Assembly: GCA_023151275.1 (NCBI GenBank)
Contig: JAKLJI010000003.1
Span: 82,357 to 146,356, forward strand
Direction of reading: 5' to 3'
Source: Bacteroidia bacterium
Lineage (GTDB): Bacteria > Bacteroidota > Bacteroidia > UKL13-3
DNA length: 64,000 bases
Part shown: positions 58,558-64,000 of the stretch, piece by piece
How positions within the stretch are numbered: position 1 is the stretch's first letter
Layout of the letters: the number at the start of each line of letters is the position of its first letter
The notes under the pieces: generated by a model
Told to the model about the DNA's origin: nothing
The model's database searches: none
The model's input: only the letters and a program-made list of their open reading frames with translations
Made by a program: the position numbers and the translations under genes

Positions 58558-60243
58558 TCCCAATGCGTATAAGATTAGCAATTGCGCAACCACAATTCGA
58601 AGGACCGTAACAATGGGGTAAACACTGGCATAAGCCTGCATAGGCAATTCAGACTTGTAATAGGAAATGCTGAAATCCAATGCAGCAGGATCAGTATGCG
58701 AACCTGAAATCAAACCCAGGATAGCCAAGAAATTTAGTTTGAATCCGAACCGTGCCACTAGCACCAAAATAAACACGGGAACAAAGGTGATTAACAAGCC
58801 TATCAAAACCCAGTACCAGCCTTGGTATTGAATAAAGGTTTCAACAAAACTTTCTCCTGCATGAATTCCGATGGAGGCGAAAAACAAACTAATCCCAAAG
58901 TCTTTCATAAAGTGCAATGCACTTTGTTGGAGGTAGGAATATAGGGTTGATATTCCCCCAAAGCGACTAATTAATATCGCCACAAGCAAAGGGCCGGCAG
59001 CCATTCCCAGTTTCACAGGTACGCTTAAACCCGGAGGTAAAAATGGAACAGAACCGATTAAAACACCCAAAATAATTCCCACAAAAATGGATAGAAACTG
59101 CGGCTGCTGCAGTCGCTTCTCGGAGTTACCAAATAGCTTTTGCATACGCTCCAACTCTTTTTCGGGACCTACCACGCGAATTTTATCTCCGTAATGCAAA
59201 ACCAGTTCTGAATCGGCAAGCAACTCAAGACCGGTTCTGAACACCCGCGTTGCTTTTGAATTGTAATGCCCCAAAAAGTTGAGCTGACCTATGGTCTTGT
59301 TGATGACCTCTTTGCGGGTTACAATAAAGGTTTTAGCCGATGTAATTTCATTGGATTCGATAAGGTTATCGGATGATTCGTAGCCCAAAATGAAAATCAT
59401 ACGATCTAAATCCACCGGCAATCCAACCAACATGAGTACATCACGTTCACGAAGTTTGTAATTCATTTCTGGCGACTCAACCACAACGGAACCGGAATGC
59501 TTCAAGCGCGAAACAATAATTTGAAAGGGATATTCCCTGAAAAAATCGCTGAGTGAGGCTCCCACCCATTGCTGATTGGTAACCCTGCACTTTCTAACTT
59601 CCGGAGCCGGATAGCGTTTACGCACCTCCTGGTGGTAATCTTCAATTTCCTTTTCTACTTTGATTCCAAGCAGCTTTCCAGAAAGAATCATCGCCAAAAT
59701 AATCCCAATAATTCCAAAAGGATAGGTGATTGCATACGCATTGGTTGGGTCTTGAAAAACCCTATCCGGAAGTCCCTGAGCGATATCTTTTAAAGCAGCT
59801 TTTGCCGCACCCAATGAAGGGGTATTTGTAACAGCACCGGCCATCATTCCCACCAGCGTATCCATGGAGTAGAACCCACTGGCATAGAACAACCAGGTTA
59901 TTCCAGCTCCTGAAAAGACGGTAATCAACGCAATAAAATTGAACAGCAGTCCATCCTGTTTTAAGCGCGTGAAGAAGGAAGGGCCCACTTGCATACCTAT
60001 TGCGTAAACAAAAAGAATCAACCCAAAATCGCGCATAAACTCTTGGGTTTCGGGATGCAGTTTGTAACCGAAATGACCAAATAAAATACCCGTAAAAACA
60101 ATTCCGGAAATACCCAATGAAACCCCGGCAATCTTTACCTTACCCAATAGGGTTCCGGTAAACATGACAACAAACAACAAAATGAGTGAAGCCGCAACTC
60201 CGGGCTCATTCAAGGGAAATATCAACGAATTCAACCAATCCAT
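58555..60243 (-). CDS. YidE/YbjL (AAE, aspartate:alanine exchanger) family transporter with two central RCK_C/TrkA_C domains
   Basis: Duplicated 5-6-TM halves flanking two soluble TrkA_C-like segments; 562 aa, which is typical of this family. Confidence 0.65.
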   Translation of the reverse strand: MDWLNSLIFPLNEPGVAASLILLFVVMFTGTLLGKVKIAGVSLGISGIVFTGILFGHFGYKLHPETQEFMRDFGLILFVYAIGMQVGPSFFTRLKQDGLLFNFIALITVFSGAGITWLFYASGFYSMDTLVGMMAGAVTNTPSLGAAKAALKDIAQGLPDRVFQDPTNAYAITYPFGIIGIILAMILSGKLLGIKVEKEIEDYHQEVRKRYPAPEVRKCRVTNQQWVGASLSDFFREYPFQIIVSRLKHSGSVVVESPEMNYKLRERDVLMLVGLPVDLDRMIFILGYESSDNLIESNEITSAKTFIVTRKEVINKTIGQLNFLGHYNSKATRVFRTGLELLADSELVLHYGDKIRVVGPEKELERMQKLFGNSEKRLQQPQFLSIFVGIILGVLIGSVPFLPPGLSVPVKLGMAAGPLLVAILISRFGGISTLYSYLQQSALHFMKDFGISLFFASIGIHAGESFVETFIQYQGWYWVLIGLLITFVPVFILVLVARFGFKLNFLAILGLISGSHTDPAALDFSISYYKSELPMQAYASVYPIVTVLRIVVAQLLILYALG

Positions 60244-60542
60244 AAGCAGGCAACCATGAGGCTCAAAGATACCTTTTGAATAAGCGGGTAAAACTAATTT
60301 TTAGCATTATTCTGAGAAAAAAACACATTCCGAGTTGATAGACCAGGCGCTCTAATCAGACGAATCCATCAAAATGACCTTTATTACATACTGACTACCA
60401 AATAATTAAATTTTCCTTTACAAAACTTTTACGCAAACGATTGCAAATCAAATTTTGATTTCTACCTTAGTGTAATCAATACACTAATCCCCGCTCAACA
60501 AGAAAGGTGAATTGATGCAACCAAACCCAAACTGAAGACTCT

Positions 60543-63506
60543 ATGCAAAAAAAACTACTCAGCACACTTCTTATGCTGTTTGTTTTCGGTTCACTTTTCG
60601 CCCAGCAAAAGGTGATTAAAGGAACAGTAAGCGATAGCAAAGATGGAAGTAGGCTCCCAGGTGTTCGTGTAACATTGAAAGGAACCAAAAAAGAAGCTGC
60701 CACCGATGCCAATGGGCAGTTTTCAATTTCGTATCAGGAAGGAGAATCTAACGCCCTTCTTTTCTCTTACATTGGCTACAAAAAAGAAGAAGTAGCTATC
60801 AACGGGCAAAGCAATTTGGAGGTAAAACTCAAAGAATCGAACGTTAGCTTAAATGATGTGGTGGTTATTGGTTACGGTACTGCCAAAAAGAAAGAATTAA
60901 CCGGTGTAAGTGCCCGAATTCAAGCCAAAGAAATCGCAACTTTACCAATGCTTACTGCCACTCAGGCCATTCAAGGAAAAGCTGCCGGCGTTCAAATTAT
61001 TGCTGCCGGTGAGCCCGGTGGAAAACCGAATGTCCGTATTCGTGGAACAGGTTCAATCCTTGGTGGTGTTGATCCATTGTATGTAGTAGATGGTATTCTG
61101 ACAGATGATATCACTAATATCAATAGTTCAGATATCGTATCCATTGATGTCCTTAAGGATGCTGCCGCAACAGCAATTTATGGTGTGCGCGCATCAAACG
61201 GTGTAATTATGATTACCACCAAAAGCGGTACCAAAGGAAAACTTTCGGTTAACTACGATTCTTATTATGGTTTGAAGCAACTGGTGAATAAGGTTGAAAT
61301 GGCTGGTCCTGGACTGTTTGCCAAATACTCAAATGAGGCAGCCGGAACTATGGCCATCAAAGCGGAAGACATTACTGGTTCTACCGACTGGATGGATGAA
61401 ATTACGCGTATTGGTACCATTCAAAGCCATAGCCTTTCTATGAATGGCGGAGGAGAAAAGAATACCTATTTTGTTTCATTGGGCTATTTTAAAGAAGAGG
61501 GCATTTTGAAAGGAAACGATTACCAGCGTATCTCAATCCGTGCAAACAACGACGTAACTATCAGCAATAAATTAAAAGTAGGCCATACCTTAAGCTATGC
61601 CTATAATTTTGGCAACAACAAGCCATTTTCTCTGTTTACGGATGCCTACAATGCAGCACCTATTTACAACGCAAAAAATGCCGACGGCACCTATGGTTCT
61701 ACAACAACCAGCAACGTTGGAAACCCGCTCGCCAAATTGGAATACACCAATGATGTTTCGTGGGGACACCGCTTGCAAGGAACACTTTGGGGCGAATACA
61801 AAGTTTGGAAGAACATTTCGTTTCGCACCAATTTTGGTATGGATGGTGGATTCAATTATGCCCGGAACTATGCACCCGTATTCTTAGTTGACGTAAATCA
61901 ACGCAATGATAGAAGTCAGTTAAGTCTTTACCGTGCCGACAATTACCGCTGGGTTTGGGACAATTACTTCAATTACACAGAAACATTCAAAGGCAAGCAC
62001 GACATCAATATCAGTGTTGGACATACTGCCGAACGTCAGGATGGAAAATGGATGCGTGGCTCTAAAAAGGACATTCCCGCACAAGAACAATATTGGGATT
62101 TTAGCTTTGGAGACCCAACCTCGCATGTATTGCAAAGTGGCAACCAAAACATCTATGGCCGAAGAGAATCCTATTTTGCACGTGCTATCTACACCTTTGC
62201 AGGCAAATACAATATCAATGCAACAGTAAGACGTGATGGAGCCTCCAAGTTTCCGGTGGCAAATCGTTGGGGAACATTCCCTTCCCTTGGTTTAGGTTGG
62301 TTTGTTCACAACGAAGAGTTCATGAGCAATCAGAACTTATTCAACACCCTTAAGCTCCGCGCTAGCTGGGGTAAAATTGGTAACGACAATATCTCGCCCG
62401 GCCAGTTTGTTACACAATTTGGCACAGGACTTTCGGCAGCCTTTGGTCCAAACATTGCCACAGGAGCAATTCCCGACCAGATTGTTGACCCGAACCTGAA
62501 ATGGGAAACTACCACACAATCAAATGTGGGTGTTGAATTCAGTATGTTCAACGGTAAAGTTACCGGTGAAATAGATGCCTACATGAAGGAAACGCAAGGC
62601 GCGCTTTACTTGGTTGCTTTGCCAGGCGTTGCTGGCGATAGAGACAACGTGTACACCACCAATGCAGCAACCATTTCAAACAAAGGACTTGAAATCAGTT
62701 TGGGCTACAATGGAACCTTGAAAAAAGACTTCAATTATACCATTCGTGGTAATATGAGCTTTAACCAAAATCTGGTTACCGATGTAGGCCAAGGAAAAGC
62801 CCTGGATTATGGCAGTTTGGACAATGGTTATACAGCCACACGTGTAATTAACGGACAACCGATTGGTGCTTTCTGGGTATATCAAACCAATGGCATTTTT
62901 CAAAGTGAATCAGAAATAGATGCACATCCCCATTTAGTAGGCACTCAGCCCGGCGACAAGAAAATTGTAGATACCAATGGAGATGGAAAAATCGACAACA
63001 AAGACCGAATCTATGTTGGTTCTTATCAACCCAAATTCTTTTTTGGCTTAAATACCGCTGCCTACTACAAGAATTTTGATTTGAGCATGGTAATCCAGGG
63101 AAATGCCGGAAACAAAGTATTTAATGGAAAGAAAACCGTACGTTATGGTGGAAACTACAACGTAGAATACGATGTGGCCATGGAACGTTGGACACCAACC
63201 AATCCAAGCACTACCAATCCTAGAGCTTACAATGGAGTACCTGTTCCTTCTGATTATTTTGTTGAATCAGGAACCTATATCCGATTGAATACAATTACCT
63301 TGGGCTACACGCTTCCGGAAAAGTTAGTAAAGAAATGGACTATTGCCCGTTTCAGAACCTACCTAAGTGCACAGAACATGTACACTTGGAAAAAATTCAG
63401 CGGTTTCTCGCCTGAATTGCCCGGTGCGCCTTACGAAGCCGGTATTGAAAAAAGTATTTATCCAACCTCAGCTACTTACATGCTGGGCGTAAATGTTACA
63501 TTTTAA
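60543..63506 (+). CDS. susC: SusC/RagA-family TonB-dependent outer-membrane transporter
   Basis: Signal peptide, a carboxypeptidase-regulatory-like N-domain (KGTVSDSKDGSRLPGVRVTLKGT), the TonB-box/plug region (NDVVVIGYGTAKKKELTGVS), and a C-terminal aromatic end ...VNVTF. Confidence 0.9.
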   Translation: MQKKLLSTLLMLFVFGSLFAQQKVIKGTVSDSKDGSRLPGVRVTLKGTKKEAATDANGQFSISYQEGESNALLFSYIGYKKEEVAINGQSNLEVKLKESNVSLNDVVVIGYGTAKKKELTGVSARIQAKEIATLPMLTATQAIQGKAAGVQIIAAGEPGGKPNVRIRGTGSILGGVDPLYVVDGILTDDITNINSSDIVSIDVLKDAAATAIYGVRASNGVIMITTKSGTKGKLSVNYDSYYGLKQLVNKVEMAGPGLFAKYSNEAAGTMAIKAEDITGSTDWMDEITRIGTIQSHSLSMNGGGEKNTYFVSLGYFKEEGILKGNDYQRISIRANNDVTISNKLKVGHTLSYAYNFGNNKPFSLFTDAYNAAPIYNAKNADGTYGSTTTSNVGNPLAKLEYTNDVSWGHRLQGTLWGEYKVWKNISFRTNFGMDGGFNYARNYAPVFLVDVNQRNDRSQLSLYRADNYRWVWDNYFNYTETFKGKHDINISVGHTAERQDGKWMRGSKKDIPAQEQYWDFSFGDPTSHVLQSGNQNIYGRRESYFARAIYTFAGKYNINATVRRDGASKFPVANRWGTFPSLGLGWFVHNEEFMSNQNLFNTLKLRASWGKIGNDNISPGQFVTQFGTGLSAAFGPNIATGAIPDQIVDPNLKWETTTQSNVGVEFSMFNGKVTGEIDAYMKETQGALYLVALPGVAGDRDNVYTTNAATISNKGLEISLGYNGTLKKDFNYTIRGNMSFNQNLVTDVGQGKALDYGSLDNGYTATRVINGQPIGAFWVYQTNGIFQSESEIDAHPHLVGTQPGDKKIVDTNGDGKIDNKDRIYVGSYQPKFFFGLNTAAYYKNFDLSMVIQGNAGNKVFNGKKTVRYGGNYNVEYDVAMERWTPTNPSTTNPRAYNGVPVPSDYFVESGTYIRLNTITLGYTLPEKLVKKWTIARFRTYLSAQNMYTWKKFSGFSPELPGAPYEAGIEKSIYPTSATYMLGVNVTF

Positions 63507-63519
63507 TTCAGTCTGACCA

Positions 63520-64000
63520 ATGTATCCATTCAAACAACTCACAAAAATCAGTTTGATTCTGGGACTGGGAAGCCTGGTCCTGATTAGTTCATGCCGCAAA
63601 AGCTTTTTGGATGAACCCGTAAGAAATCAAACCCCCGAAGACTTTTTCTCGAACCCTGACGCACCTGCGCAATTGGTTACAGCCGTTTACAGCCAACTTT
63701 ACGAATGGCAACAACATTCATTCAGTTGGATAGGTATTACCAGTATTGCGGATGATGATGCCGACAAAGGTTCTGACCCCGGAGATTCCGGAACCGATAA
63801 AGACCAACTGGACAAGTTCACCTTTACATCATCCAGTTTATCCTTCACCGAAATTTGGGAATCCAATTTCAAAGGCATCGCCAGAGCCAATCAGGCCTTG
63901 TATTACCTGCCTCAGTTTAACAACATCAGCGCAGGCGTCAAAAACAGGTATATTGCTGAAGTAAAATTCCTGAGAGCCTATTACTACTGGAACTTAGTTC
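63520..64000 (+). CDS. susD: SusD/RagB-family lipoprotein, 3'-truncated at window edge
   Basis: It begins 14 nt after the susC stop. Lipoprotein signal ...LISSC, then FLDEPVRNQTPEDFFSNPDAPAQLVTAVYSQL, the typical SusD N-terminus. It is not in the ORF track because no stop occurs before the window end. Confidence 0.75.
   Translation, partial: MYPFKQLTKISLILGLGSLVLISSCRKSFLDEPVRNQTPEDFFSNPDAPAQLVTAVYSQLYEWQQHSFSWIGITSIADDDADKGSDPGDSGTDKDQLDKFTFTSSSLSFTEIWESNFKGIARANQALYYLPQFNNISAGVKNRYIAEVKFLRAYYYWNLV

Overview
This is a 64 kb chromosomal segment with Bacteroidota-type gene content. It carries T9SS C-terminal sorting domains, a SusC/SusD pair, an F-ATPase atpB-E-F-H-A-G operon lacking atpDC, an N-terminally extended AtpB, and many A/T-flanked bidirectional terminators. 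All calls come from reading the supplied six-frame translations for family-specific motifs; no database search was run. Housekeeping genes include prmC, ribD, recG, acs, the atp operon, PBP1A, gcvT, an SDR, an M16 peptidase, a trans-sulfuration PLP enzyme and an alpha-glucan cluster (GH57, GT4, GH31). There is also an envelope cluster (MlaD, amidase, LptD-like) and a 5'-truncated SusC/SusD PUL at the right edge. The most unusual stretch is a minus-strand run at ~18.2-25.9 kb. It contains an IS1/IS1595-like Zn-ribbon-HTH protein, a porin, an MHS-type MFS transporter and a small membrane protein. These are followed by a DUF4212-like mini-ORF translationally coupled to a histidine kinase with an N-terminal sodium:solute-symporter (SSS) domain, then a single-domain receiver, then acs. 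A perfect 7-6-7 palindrome sits in the acs upstream region. This looks like a CrbS/CbrA-like carboxylate (acetate) sensing and uptake module in a non-canonical architecture. A second curiosity is a YceI-like/porin/Cys-rich YceI-like trio preceded by a perfect CRP-consensus palindrome (TGTGA-N6-TCACA). I saw no CRISPR array, tRNA, rRNA or intact mobile element.
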